A DNA stretch of 64,000 nt from positions 39,928,001-39,992,000 of the forward strand of contig OX597824.1 of assembly GCA_951406725.2 (NCBI GenBank). Reading direction: 5' to 3'. The notes beneath the pieces were generated by a model, which was not told the DNA's origin, did not search any database, and worked only from the letters and a program-made list of their open reading frames with translations. Source of the DNA: Octopus vulgaris. Lineage: Eukaryota. The translations under genes were made by a program, and so were the position numbers. Of this stretch, positions 27,729 to 40,293 are shown one piece after another. Each line of letters opens with the position of its first letter. The first letter of the stretch is position 1.

Positions 27729-28219
27729 TGCGCGTGTGTGTATGTATGCATATATGTATGTATGCATGTATATGTGTATGTATATATGTGTGTAAGTGTG
27801 TGCATATATGTATATGTAAGTATGTGTGCGTGTATGAGTATGTATGTATGCTTGCACACGTGTATATATGTGTGTGTGTGTATATATATGGATGCGCGTG
27901 CGTGTGTGCACGTGTATGGGTACGCATGTATATGTGTATGTGCGTGTATGTGTATGTATGCATATATGTATGTATGTATGCATGTATATGTGTATGTATA
28001 TATGTGTGTAAGTGTGTGCATATATGTATATGTAAGTATGTGTGTGTGTATGAGTATGTATGTATGCTTGCACACGTGTATATATGTGTGTGTGTGTATA
28101 TATATGGATGCGCGTGCGTGTGTGCACGTGTATGGGTACGCATGTATATGTGTATGTGCGTGTATGTGTATACGTGTATGTATGTATGTGTGTGCGTATA
28201 TTTGTATATGTATGTGTGA

Positions 28220-28250
<31 letters not shown>

Positions 28251-28450
28251 GATGGGTGTGTGTATGCGTATAAATGCATGTAAGTATGGATGTATGGATG
28301 TATGTATGTATGTATACGTATGTATGTGTTTGCGTGTATATGTATGTATGTGTGTGTATGTGTGTATATATATATATGTGTGTATATATGTTTGTGTATG
28401 TATATATATGTGTATGTATGTGTGTGTATATATATGTGTGTATGTGTATG

Positions 28451-28488
<38 letters not shown>

Positions 28489-28883
28489 TATGTATCTGTA
28501 TGTAGGAGTATATGTGTGTGTGTGTATGTATATGTGTATATATATATATATATGTATATTTATTGGTGTATATGTATAGACTAGCCTCCTAAAGTGTAGA
28601 CACGAATCTGTAGGTACGAGTACGTATGTGTATATACGTGAACGTATGTAGATGTTTGTATGTATGAATATAACGCGTGCGTACGTGTATGTGTATGAGT
28701 GTACGAATGGGTGAATGTACGTGCTAATGAGTGTGCGTGCGGGAATGAGTACTTGCCTTCTAGTAGACAGACAAATGGACATGCTGCCATAGCTAGGATC
28801 CTTAGCTCTAGCGATCAAAGATAACAAAAGTAATAAATGAAGATAATAAAATTAAAATTAGGGAATGGGCCTGTATTGGATTG

Positions 28884-28918
<35 letters not shown>

Positions 28919-29848
28919 GTGTATGTGTAGGTATGTATAGGTACACATGTGTATGTGTATGTGTATGTATATGTGTATATGTATGTATGTGCACACATGT
29001 ATATATATGTATGCGTGTATATGTATATATATATATATATATATATACATATGTGTATGTGGGTGTATGTATATATAGGTGTAAATATGTGTATATAGGG
29101 AACTAGGTGTGTTGTGTGTGCATGAGTGTATGTGCGTATGAATATATATTTTTCTGTGTATATATGTATGTGTGGTCGTGGGTATATATATACATGTGTG
29201 TATGCGTGCATGCATGGGAGTGAGTGTATGCATATATACGTGTGTGTATGTGTAGACAGGTATATGCATGTGCATGTGTATAAATTTGTATATGTGGGCG
29301 GGTGTATGTATGTGTGTATGTAGATATGTATGTATATGTGTATATATGTATATGTATATATATATATGTATATATATATATATGTGTATATATATGTGTG
29401 TAGATACGTATACATATGTGTATAGGTATAAGTGAGAATCTCCTTATTTACCTATAACTCTATCCCCCCTTTTTTTATATATATATTTTTTATATATATA
29501 TTTTTTATATATATTTTTTATTTTTTTTTTATTTATTTATTTATTTTTTTATTTTTTTTTTTTTTTATTTTTTTATTTTTTTATTTTATTTTTTTATTTT
29601 TTTATTTATCTATTCTTTCATCTAACTTACCACTGACTCCTTGACCACTCCCCCAAGTATGATATTTTGCGCTATGCCTACCCCCAAAAAAGTCCCCACC
29701 ACCACTCCTTTAAACCTGCCTAAATGTATAAATGCTAATACAATTCTTGTTAAATAGCTTCCTGAAGATTTCTCTTGAATGAAACAGTACTAGTCCTGTA
29801 GAAGCTCCTTCTATATAATAAATAAATATATATATATATATACATATA

Positions 29849-29898
<50 letters not shown>

Positions 29899-29925
29899 TA
29901 TGTATGTATATATATATATATATGC

Positions 29926-30008
<83 letters not shown>

Positions 30009-30010
30009 TA
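27286..30010. repeat. ~2.7-kb purine-pyrimidine compound microsatellite field (TA/TG/CA) with short unique interruptions
   Basis: Direct reading; source of the spurious 539-aa ORF; includes a 216-bp tandem duplication near 27740-28170. Confidence 0.95.
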
Positions 30011-30317
30011 TAATGTCTTTAGAGGACCGTTTGCGTGTTATAATATCGGAATTATATAAAGAAGAAATGTTTTTTTTTCCTCACTCACTTACTAGTCTGT
30101 GCAAATCCACCTGGTTCTTGCTGGAAAGTCCCTTGTCAACATCAAACAGCTGCTGGTCATTCCGTCTAACCTCAAAAGAATTAGTGTATCATAGAAATGA
30201 TTTCCTTGCATGCATAGTAATATTAATGTTGGAATCACTAATTGGAATATCGTCTCTCCCGAAAACTAAAGTTTTCTCAAGAAGACATTTAATTATTGAT
30301 GGACATACTATTATATT

Positions 30318-30715
30318 CTTTTCTACTCTAGGTACAAGGCCCGAAATTTGGGGGAGGGGCCAGTCGATTAGATCTACTCCAGTACGCAACTGGTATTTAA
30401 TTTATCGACCCCCGAAAGGATGAAAGGCAAAGTCGACCTCGGCGGAATTTGAACTCAGAACGTAGCGGCAGACGAAATACCTATTTCTTTACTACCCACA
30501 AGGGGCTAAACACAGAGGGGACAAACAAGGACAGACAAACGGATTAAGTCGATTATATCGACTCCAGTGTGTAACTGGTATTTAATTTATAGACCCCGAA
30601 AGGATGACAGGCAAAGTCGACCTAGGTGGAATTTGAACTCAGAACGTAGCGGCAGACGAAATACCGCTAAGCATTTAGCCCGGCGTGCTAACGTTTCTGC
30701 CAGCTCGCCGCCTTC
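30318..30715 (-). mobile_element. Dimeric SINE family B insertion with 17-bp TSD
   Basis: Two tandem body units behind one head; direct repeat ggacatactattatatt at 30301-30317 and 30716-30732. Confidence 0.92.
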
Positions 30716-31126
30716 GGACATACTATTATATTGTCCCAGCTCTACATCACTGAATTGTGAGCGTTGTCAACACACATTGTCTGAAAGTCCTTATAGTGTA
30801 AACATGTGGTGTATACATTCAAACATTCAAAGTTATTCCTCGAAGGCGAAATAAAACAGCGACTAACATACGCATGTTAAAATCTGCCGGAACATGTTAA
30901 GAATGTATATGTACAACGTTATGCTGAGATCATTCTATTGAACAGTACAGACTTATGAAAATGCTTATTCTCTATGTCCATAATGGAAGGGAAAGGGAGT
31001 TTTTAAAGTTAAAAATTGTTGAGATCAAATCAGGTGAAAACGCTGCGCTAGCGATTCAGCTACATTCTGAACGAAGCCCTGTGTTTTTACCACACAAATC
31101 TCTTTGAAAAGTTCTCTGAGGTAAAA
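30673..31126 (+). repeat. Left arm of a 454-bp inverted duplication (partner 33921-34374)
   Basis: Near-identical reverse complement; the ORF track shows the same peptide LARRANVSASSPPSDILLYCPSS...YSSKAK at both loci on opposite strands. Confidence 0.97.
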
Positions 31127-31874
31127 TATTACAACTAGTACCGTTCCGTGTTTGTATACGCATTAAAATATTAGACATACCGGGACGTAAATCTAAGGCT
31201 ATTTCAAGTGGGTATAGTAATAAAATTTTAGCCTGACAAACTTTTGCACAAATCAGTAAATGTTTTGTTTATCGATTTCTCTATCCACCATTCACAGCTT
31301 AGTTCAGAACACCCAGACTATTCGTCAACAAGGAGATCAAATCAAATTGAAACACCATGTCTGAGTGAAACCCTGTGTTTTTAACACTTAAGTTTTTCTA
31401 AGAATTTCCTCAGGGAAAAAAATATCACAGCTAATGTCACTCCATTTTTTTTGTATACAATTATAACTGTTATATACAGCAGTATTTTAACGGAAGATTG
31501 TTTCAAGTGCATAATTTAAATTTAAAATATTTTACGGAATGGGTGAATTTTTTCAGCTACTTCCATCTACATCTATTAAGGAATCTCGAACTACTATCTG
31601 GATCAAATAGCATAATTGATTTTCCATACCCTGAAGGTTCTGATCACATACAGAAAAAATAACACTCAGTTATTCATCAACATCAAAACTGCATTAAAAA
31701 ATACCCACATTCTTTGATCCTATGCTTTTTTACACGTATCTAACTGAAATCATAAAAATATTACGTATTTTTTCCCAAAGGAATAGATATATCGTGCTTC
31801 GCATATAATAATAAAATAACGCTTCAAGATACTTCAGTTTCTAATAACGGTCTGTCTGTCAGTCTATCTATATA

Positions 31875-33173
31875 CGAAGTGGTATCAAAAAGTTCTTGGA
31901 CTAGTTTTGTAGGACAGTACACGGCTGCGTGCACAGTGAGAGCTAGCAGGGAATTTCATGAGGCAGTGTGCTGAGTGACATCGCTGTGTTCACTGCACAA
32001 GTAGTGAAATCTGTGCTTCTGTGCTCACATGTATGCTGTAGTCTGCGACTTTTGCCACGGACAGAGAGATGGAACAAAGAACCAACGTAAAATTTTGCGT
32101 TAAACTTGGGAAGTCTGCTACAACAACATTGAGCATGCTTCGGCAAGCTTACGGCGACAAGGCAATGGGTCGTACGCAATGTTTTGAGTGTCACGGGCGC
32201 TTCAGAAGCGGAAGAACGTCCTAGAAAGGCGATGAGCGGTCTGGAAGACATGCCACGAGCGTCATTACCAGAAACGTGATATTGTGCATGGAGAAGTCGT
32301 TCCCAAGGGCCAGACTGTCACTTGAGAATTCTATTGCAATGTTTTAAAGTATCTGAGGTAGAATACTTGACAAAAGCAACTGGAGCGCGAAAAACTGGAT
32401 TCTTGACGATGACAATGCACTCTGTCACCGAGTTCTCCTCACTCACGAGTTTCTCACCATAAACAACATTGTATCACTTCCGCACCCACCCTATTCGCTT
32501 GCACGCCGGGCAAAATGCTTAGCGATATATCGTCTGCCGCTACGTTCTGAGTGCAAGTTCCACGGAGGTCGACTTTGCCTTTCATCCTTTCGGGGTCGAT
32601 AAATTAAGTACCAGTTACTCACTGGGGTCGATATAATCGACTTAATCCGTCTGTCTGTCCTTGTTTGTCTCTTCTGTGTTTAGCCCTTTGTGGGTAGTAA
32701 ATAAATAGGTAGTTCGTCTGCCGCTACGTTCTGACTTCAAACTCCGCCGAGGTCTACTTTGCCTTTCATCCTTTCGGGTCGATTATATAAGTGCCAGTTA
32801 CGCACTGGCGTCGATGTTATCGACTTAATCCGTTTGTCTGTCCTTGTTTGTCCCCTTTATGTTTACCCCCTTGTGGGCAATGAAGAAATTTATTCGCTAG
32901 ATTTAGCGCCTACGGAATTTCATCTCCTATCCCAAATGAAAAGGCAACTCAAAGGTCGCCGTTTTAACAACGTTGTCGGGATACAGTACGAATCGCAGAA
33001 GGTCCCCGACCCGCTTACGGAAAACGCCTTCCAGGCCGGATTCCGACAGTGGCAGAAACGCTGGAACCGGTGTATTCTTGCGCAAGGTGAAGGAGATGAT
33101 GTTGAAATTTAGGTAAATAAGCTAATTTTTTTATCAAGCAAAACTAGTCGCGGAACTTTTTGATACCACCTCG
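31875..33173 (+). mobile_element. Mariner transposon, internally deleted and SINE-interrupted
   Basis: TIRs cga(a/g)gtggtatcaaaaagttc..gactagtttt, TA flanks; transposase MEQRTNVKFCVKLGKSAT (ATG 32069), DDNA, HPPYS/LDLAP, WQKRWNRCI with stops. Confidence 0.95.
32500..32890 (+). mobile_element. Dimeric SINE family B inserted in the mariner YSPDLAP motif
   Basis: 8-bp TSD tattcgct at 32492-32499 and 32891-32898; two tandem body units. Confidence 0.92.
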
Positions 33174-33237
33174 TAGGTGTATTTATGAGCGAATACATAT
33201 ATATATAGCTATGCGTATACACACCCACATGTATATA

Positions 33238-33277
<40 letters not shown>

Positions 33278-33920
33278 CATATTGTGATTGTATGTGTACA
33301 GATATATACTGGTACATATACATATTTATATACATATGTGTATAATATGAATTGTCTGTGTGTGTGTTTGTGTGTGCATGCGTGTGTGTGTGTGTGTGTG
33401 CGTGCGCGCGCGCGTGTGTGCGTACATGATTCGTGCACACATATTTCGAACTAAATGTTTCCGTTGTTCGCTATTTTCTTCGTAATTCCTAATTAATTAT
33501 GAATATAGTTTCCATCACCATTTCCTCTGATTAATTAACTAACTTTCAACTTATTAAGCGAGGGAGATTGAGGCGTCGTTGCATAAAGCAAAATATCCAT
33601 CAGTTTGTTTGTTTGTTTCTCATTAGATATTCTGAAAAGGATGAAGTGCAGTAAACAAAGGAAGCTTCAAATGACTGGGTTAGCATAGTATCGCAATGCC
33701 GATTGAAAGGGTCAACGATTCTTATCTGTATCTTCATATTGAGGCATCTGCGGTAATGTGTCCTACGGCCAAAGCAGGTTTAAACTCTAAAAGGAAATCT
33801 GTTCTGCCTACATAGATGTAAATAGATACCACAGCCTGCATTTCCATTTCAGTATTCAGCAACGAATACTTTGCTAGTGTCTTGTTAATTTGTTGCACTG
33901 AGTTCGATCATTCCTTGTGG

Positions 33921-34374
33921 TTTTACCTCAGAGAACTTTTCAAAGAGATTTGTGTGGTAAAAGCACAGGGCTTCGTTCAGAACGTAGCTGAATCGCTAGC
34001 GCAGCGTTTTCACCTGATTTGATCTCGACAATTTTTAACTTTAAAAACATCCTTTCCCTTCCATTATGGACATAGAGAATAAGCATTTTCATAAGTCTGC
34101 ACTGTTCAATAGAATGATCTCAGCATAACGTTGTACATATACATTCTTAACATGTTCCGGCAGATTTTAACATGCGTATGTTAGTCGCTGTTTTATTTCG
34201 CCTTCGAGGAATAACTTTGAATGTTTGAATGTATACACCACATGTTTACACTATAAGGACTTTCAGACAATGTGTGTTGACAACGCTCACAATTCAGTGA
34301 TGTAGAGCTGGGACAATATAATAGTATGTCCGAAGGCGGCGAGCTGGCAGAAACGTTAGCACGCCGGGCTAAAT
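33921..34374 (-). repeat. Right arm of the 454-bp inverted duplication
   Basis: Reverse complement of 30673-31126 with only a handful of substitutions. Confidence 0.97.
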
Positions 34375-34915
34375 ATCGGGTTGTCTTTTCGGACGCCAAA
34401 TTCCGCCAAAGTCGACTTTGTCTTTCATTTTTTTTAGGAGTCGATAAAATAAGTACCAGTTCAGGGATCTTTTCGGTTTGAACGGCAGTTTCTTACATAA
34501 TTTCTAGGTAACTAAAAAATTTTAAACTTCGTATACTGGTAGAATGTGTTTATAAAACATCGTTTTCTCTTGGATTTATTGAGAAAATTCTATAGTTTGT
34601 AAGATATTTGTTGTTTTTTTTTCTTCAATTTCTGCAATTTCAACCAATCACTGACGTCCATTGAGGTAAAAAAACATTCTGTGCCGTATGAATATGTCCC
34701 TCGTTTAAGAAACAGATTGGGTTTATTTACATTTGTGAAGAAAAAAGATTGAAATGCAAATAGATCGATACTAGTGGTCATAATTATGGGTGACAATTTC
34801 ATATGACACCACTAGAAAAAACCGAAAAGATCCCAGTTCAGTACTGGGGTTAATGTAAGCGGCTAGTCTCTTCTCCAAACGTGCTGGCCTTGTGCCAAAA
34901 TTTGAAACCAATATT
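34335..34915 (+). mobile_element. SINE family B copy split by a DNA element
   Basis: Head ggcggcgagctggcag, Meta-like gtcgataaaataagtaccag, resumes at 34835 with gtactggggt...ggccttgtgccaaaatttgaaacc. Confidence 0.8.
34464..34834. mobile_element. Non-autonomous TIR element, 371 bp, 6-bp TSD
   Basis: TIRs gggatcttttcggttt / aaaccgaaaagatccc; TSD agttca at 34458-34463 and 34835-34840. Confidence 0.9.
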
Positions 34916-35339
34916 GAGCTGTCAGATAAATTCATTCGTCTCTTCCCAATGTTATTTGAATTAACACGAAACATTTTAGCACAGTGCTTTATGCTTTTTC
35001 TTCTGTAGCCCCATTCTTCCTCTAAATTTCAATAAACTTTACCTCTTTTCAGACATATGATAGTGGAATGCCAAGTAGAAGAAATAATTATTTTCTACAC
35101 TTACCTCTCTTCGCTTTCAATCTAGGTTACAAAATTGCCAAAACCACAGAACCACGTGGTTGGGGAGCAAGCTTCTTACCACACAATCATGTCTCACATA
35201 CATACATACACACACACGCACACACATTTATATGTGTGTGTGTATATATATATACGCGCGCGCGCGCACACACACATATATATATATGCATACAATATCC
35301 ATATATATATATACACACACATATAAATTTGTGTGTGTG

Positions 35340-35375
<36 letters not shown>

Positions 35376-35657
35376 CGCGCGGAGAGATGGCTGTAGACAC
35401 AGGTGTTAGAGATTTGCGATGTGCTACACTACAAAATAAAAAAAAAAACTTTCAATTCATTAATATTACACAGTATAAAATAAGAATAATTTCAGCTCTA
35501 TCTGCAAGTCACCTGTCGGTTACTTTATTAGATTAATAAGTATGTCGAGTGTTTTTATGCCTCCTAACCTTTTCTTTCTACTTTTCAATCTAAGATGTTC
35601 AAATCTCTATATATAAATCTGATATATATATATATATAGTCAATTCAATTAAATTCC

Positions 35658-35717
<60 letters not shown>

Positions 35718-36274
35718 GTGTATGTATGTATATATATATATATATATATATGTATGAATGCATGTTTGAGTGTGTATGTATGTACACTGACAAGCACATA
35801 CATATATGTATACAGAACAACAAGCACACACAGATGTATATGCACAAACATGCGCCCACGTCCATAAATATTCTCATATGTATGCATGTATGTATGCATG
35901 TATGCATGTATGTGATGATCGCCGGGATTATCTCACTCCTGATATGAAACTTGTAAGCGGGTGATACGAGAATATATATGGCATTTTGATATTAATAATA
36001 ATGATGAAAAGAGTGTGTGTGTGTTCGTGTGTATTTCTCTGTCTTTGTGTGTGTCCGTCTGTCTGTCTACCTGCGTGTCTGTGTTAATATGAAATATTTA
36101 ATACGAAATATATAATGTATATAAAATACTTACATGCTCCCTTCTTGGTCGGAAGCAATGGTATTGTAGCAATATCGTTCCCTCATTGCTATCTTCACTG
36201 TTTGAGAAGAGTATTAAGAATAATCTCGTTCGAGATTACAAACATCGGCTAGTTTAACATTGCTGTAAACACTA

Positions 36275-36435
36275 ATCCGATTGGCTGACACGTGGTCTCT
36301 ACTACGTTCGCACCGCTGGTTGTCACGTGACGCGATTTGCCTCCGCTTATTTTCGCGCCATTGTTCCAAGCAGCCAATCACAGCTTTCCATTTCTGAAGT
36401 TAGTTTTGAGCCACATAAACCTTATAAAAGAAGTG
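36275..36435 (+). promoter_or_regulatory. Pol II promoter-like motif cluster (possibly the U3 of a solo LTR extending to ~37270)
   Basis: ATTGG 36280, CACGTG 36289, GTCACGTGAC 36322, TTTCGCGC 36351, CCAAT 36374, TATAAAAG 36423; locally CpG-rich; AATAAA near 37105. Confidence 0.5.
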
Positions 36436-37458
36436 TTCTCAGACAAATATCCGTCTTAGGTTTTTAGTTCTTTTTAGAACTAACCTCTGACCACAGAGTT
36501 CGTCTTTGGTTCTAGTCCTTCTCAGGGCTAACCTCTGACCACACAGAGCATACTCGACCATGTTCCAGTTCGAAAGGCAGGCGACCACCATTATATCAAG
36601 AGAAAAATAACCAAGCAGAATATATGATGAAGACGCAGCAAAAACCAAGCGACAGACACAACTCATCGCCAAACATCGAAGATTTAATTTGTACACAAGA
36701 CAACCACAGATTCAACTCTAGCGGTTAGGTGAAAATCTCACCACGGGAAAAACGGCTACAGTTAATATATCTGGAAGTATATTCATGTCAAGAGAAAGAT
36801 AAACACAACAAGTGACTCAATTAATCTCAACTACGAGACGCAACATCTTGATATGGAACTCTTACCCTCCGTGTACCTCATAAACGGTAAATCAATTATC
36901 TGTTCTTGAGTTCTAGTTCTTCTAAGAACTACCTTAAGCCATCTGCTACTACCTGTTGCTAGGCTGATACCAACAACATGAACTGTGAACCAAATTCCAT
37001 TGTTATTTCTCTGGTCAGTACCTTTTATGCCTCACGAACACACAGACACAAAAACATGCTAACACTTACAAACTTCCAACCAACATGATTGTAAAATATG
37101 TAAAATAAATAATGTATATATCTCAAAAAGAAATCTTGTTGTCATTCCACTTGTGTTTTGCCGCGGTATGTATTATGTGGTCAGTAAATACTCATTAAGA
37201 ATGGGATCGCGTGCGATTGTATTCCCTATACGATACGACCGCATGTGATCCTATTTTTATAGTATCAACCGTATCATATACTGTGATGTTTGTGATTTCC
37301 TATTTATTGATTTATGATTTCCTATTTCCTTCAAGGCTACCCTCATATCTCTTTCAACAAGTACTTTTACGTTTTTAACTGCTAACTTGTATGTTACTAG
37401 ATTTATAGGCTTGATAGTTCCCGTGTCTTTTCCCGTTTAGTGACTAACGGGAAAGCTA

Positions 37459-37928
37459 TATTATCAGTCCAAATATGCTTAATGCCCGTTCGAACTGGGA
37501 AACAAGCTACTCACTGCGTTTTGTAACGGAGAATATATCTCGCTTGCAGCGCCATCTATCTAGACTGTGAGATGCTAGCATTTCGGAGTAGTTATTTCCT
37601 CATCGGTCACAGACACTAGTCAGTCAACACTAAGAGCTGAATTAAGAGATTACTTCTCTTATGTTTTTCCAGTCACCGTACGATGACTGGCAGCGCTATA
37701 CTGCGCTCACCGTAAGTAAATTACTAGAGGGGGAGCGCTAAGCAGTGATAAGTGAAATCGCAATGTTATTATCAACTCGAATATGCTTGATGCACGTTCG
37801 AACCGAGGAACAATCTACTCTGAAATGCTAGCATCTCACAGTCTAGGTAGATGGGAGCTAATCTAATTGTATACTCCACATTTGTCAACAAGCGAGATAT
37901 ATTCACCGTGAGAAAACGCAGTGAATAG
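37459..37928. repeat. Mosaic of direct and inverted repeats
   Basis: 37459-37512 ~ 37767-37820 (direct); 37509-37590 ~ reverse complement of 37815-37928. Confidence 0.75.
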
Positions 37929-39085
37929 CAATTTCACTGCTTAACAACCCCTTCCCCCAACTTCGTAACGGAAAAGCTGTCTTCAGTTTGGTGATCCTTG
38001 CTGCAGTTTGCTCTTCTCGACAGTTATATAAAATGTATATCTCGAGTCTGGTGCCTTTTCATGATGTAATATAGGAGATGATAGTGCTTGGAGGGCAGTT
38101 GCATACAGATTACTTTCCGTCCTTCCTTCCATTTGAAGATGGCGCTGGTAATGGTAAGCCCTTTTTTTTTTATCTTAACCTAGCATAGGTAAAATTAGTT
38201 GTTCCTGATATCTGATGCACTTCCCCACATCATGTTTACCAGTAATACTGGGTGACTTTACTGCATGCTACTCAACACGAGTAATTTCTTCCTAATCTAA
38301 ACATGCCATAATCCTGGAGTTTGGGTTTATGGTAAGGGTATCACATCTCTGTTATGTTGGTTTCTCACACCAAAAGAATCTTTACCCAATATCTTCGATA
38401 AGGCTATAGTCTAGAAATCGTGTGTCGCACACGGCAGCTATGTCAATGTTGCCTTTTTGCAAACGCACTGCCATGAGTGTGGTGCAATTCTCCGGTCGAT
38501 TTGTCTCATCAAACTCGGTTTCTTGCGCCCTAAACTTTTCGCTGTTACTGGAGGAGGGTCACTACGATCCTTGGTAACCCAGGCAGTAATCTATTTCCTC
38601 TATTTTATTGACATTATTTGACAAGACCACTTGAAAAGGATTTAAGAGTAAATATCCTTTACAATTACAAGTGGCACTCTAGTATTCCCTCGGTGATCTG
38701 TAGTCAACACAGAGGACAAGAACAAGCCTATACATACTTGATACTATAGTCATTGCAATTTCCAGAGTGGGACGTATCTCCCACAATTTGAGATGTTGTC
38801 CCGGACAGCCTAGTGGGTATTGGATGGTCAGTGACTCTCTAGGGTTCATTCATCTCTCCTGGAAGATTTTGTTTTTCTTCCAGAAGGGTGTTCAATAATC
38901 ATCTTTCTTTCCATAAAAACTTGGTGTTGTTGCCAGTTTTATCGCCGACGGCCTCTATAAGCATTCAGTAGCGGAGTTTATATATATATAAACATAATAA
39001 TACATTTTATATATATTATGTATGTATATATACAGTTACCTGTGTATGTGTATGTGTATGTATAGAAGATGGGAGTGAGAGCGAG

Positions 39086-39206
39086 AGAAGAAGAAGAAGA
39101 AGAAGAAGAAGAAGAAGAAGAAGAAGAAGAAGAAGAAGAAGAAGAAGAAGAAGAAGAAGAAGAAGAAGAAGAAGAAGAAGAAGAAGAAGAAAGAAAGAAA
39201 GAAGAA
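39086..39206. repeat. (GAA)n microsatellite
   Basis: Direct reading. Confidence 0.98.
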
Positions 39207-39209
39207 GGG

Positions 39210-39648
39210 CAGATTCGAAAAGTAGCCGTAAGGAGCGTATTTACATAGAATACGAATAAATAAAAGGCCAAATGGAATGAAATAATAGTCGTATTTTTAT
39301 AGCTGTTTCGGATGAATCATGATAGGTGTCATAACCATATATATCATGTGAGAGAGTCCCATAATATCGTAGGAGAATGGAATAACACAAATTGATGCGA
39401 AATCATGTAGTCCTTGTGAAAAGATTCGTGGCCATTAGCTAATAGCTTCTGGGATCCATAAAAAATCATGCTATTTCATACACCTATGATATTCTGGGGC
39501 TTTATTGCATAATACATATGGTTTGCGGCACTAATAATAATTCATTCGAAACAGCTATAAAGCTAAGACTGTTAACTTTCTTCCTTTTTTCTTTTGATTA
39601 TTTGTATTCCATGTAAATAACCTTCTTATGCCTACTTTTGTTTATCTG
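39210..39648. repeat. Diverged fold-back palindrome, ~190-bp arms
   Basis: tatttacatagaatacgaataa vs rc tatttacatggaatacaaataa; tttatagctgtttcggatgaat vs rc tttatagctgtttcgaatgaat; symmetry continues to the centre. Confidence 0.85.
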
Positions 39649-39833
39649 ACAGGGTTTCTTTTTGTTTTGTTTTATTTTTATACCCGTTCGACGAAGTTTG
39701 TTCCCGTTGCCGACTCTCTGCACCGGAGCTACTTGCTCTCCATGAACGAGCTGGAGTTCAAGTTTCGGATTTATCTGAGCGTTGCTTGGTGACGACCTGT
39801 ACTACGCACACTTTAGCGGACAAACAGACGGAC

Positions 39834-39983
<150 letters not shown>

Positions 39984-40240
39984 CTTTATTGGCCACACGG
40001 GGCTGAACACAGAATGGAAAAATACAAATGTAGAGCTTTTCTTTTCGAAAATGAAAAAGAAAAAGGGGAAAAATGAGAAAAAAAGTAAAATTCCGATCAA
40101 AAGGGATTGGGATAAAAAATAAAAGGCGATCAAAAGGGATCGTGTATCACAGAAGAATTTTAAAAATGTAAAAAGCAAGCCTACGGAAAAGACCACTGTA
40201 TCCTCAGGTAGGGAGGGAATAAACACATGAGAGCAAAGGG

Positions 40241-40293
<53 letters not shown>

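Noticed and set aside
27208-28827. 539-aa ORF and the other His/Thr/Tyr/Ile- or Cys/Val-rich ORFs across the window
   Set aside because: Translations of (CA)/(TA)/(TG) microsatellites, which lack stop codons.
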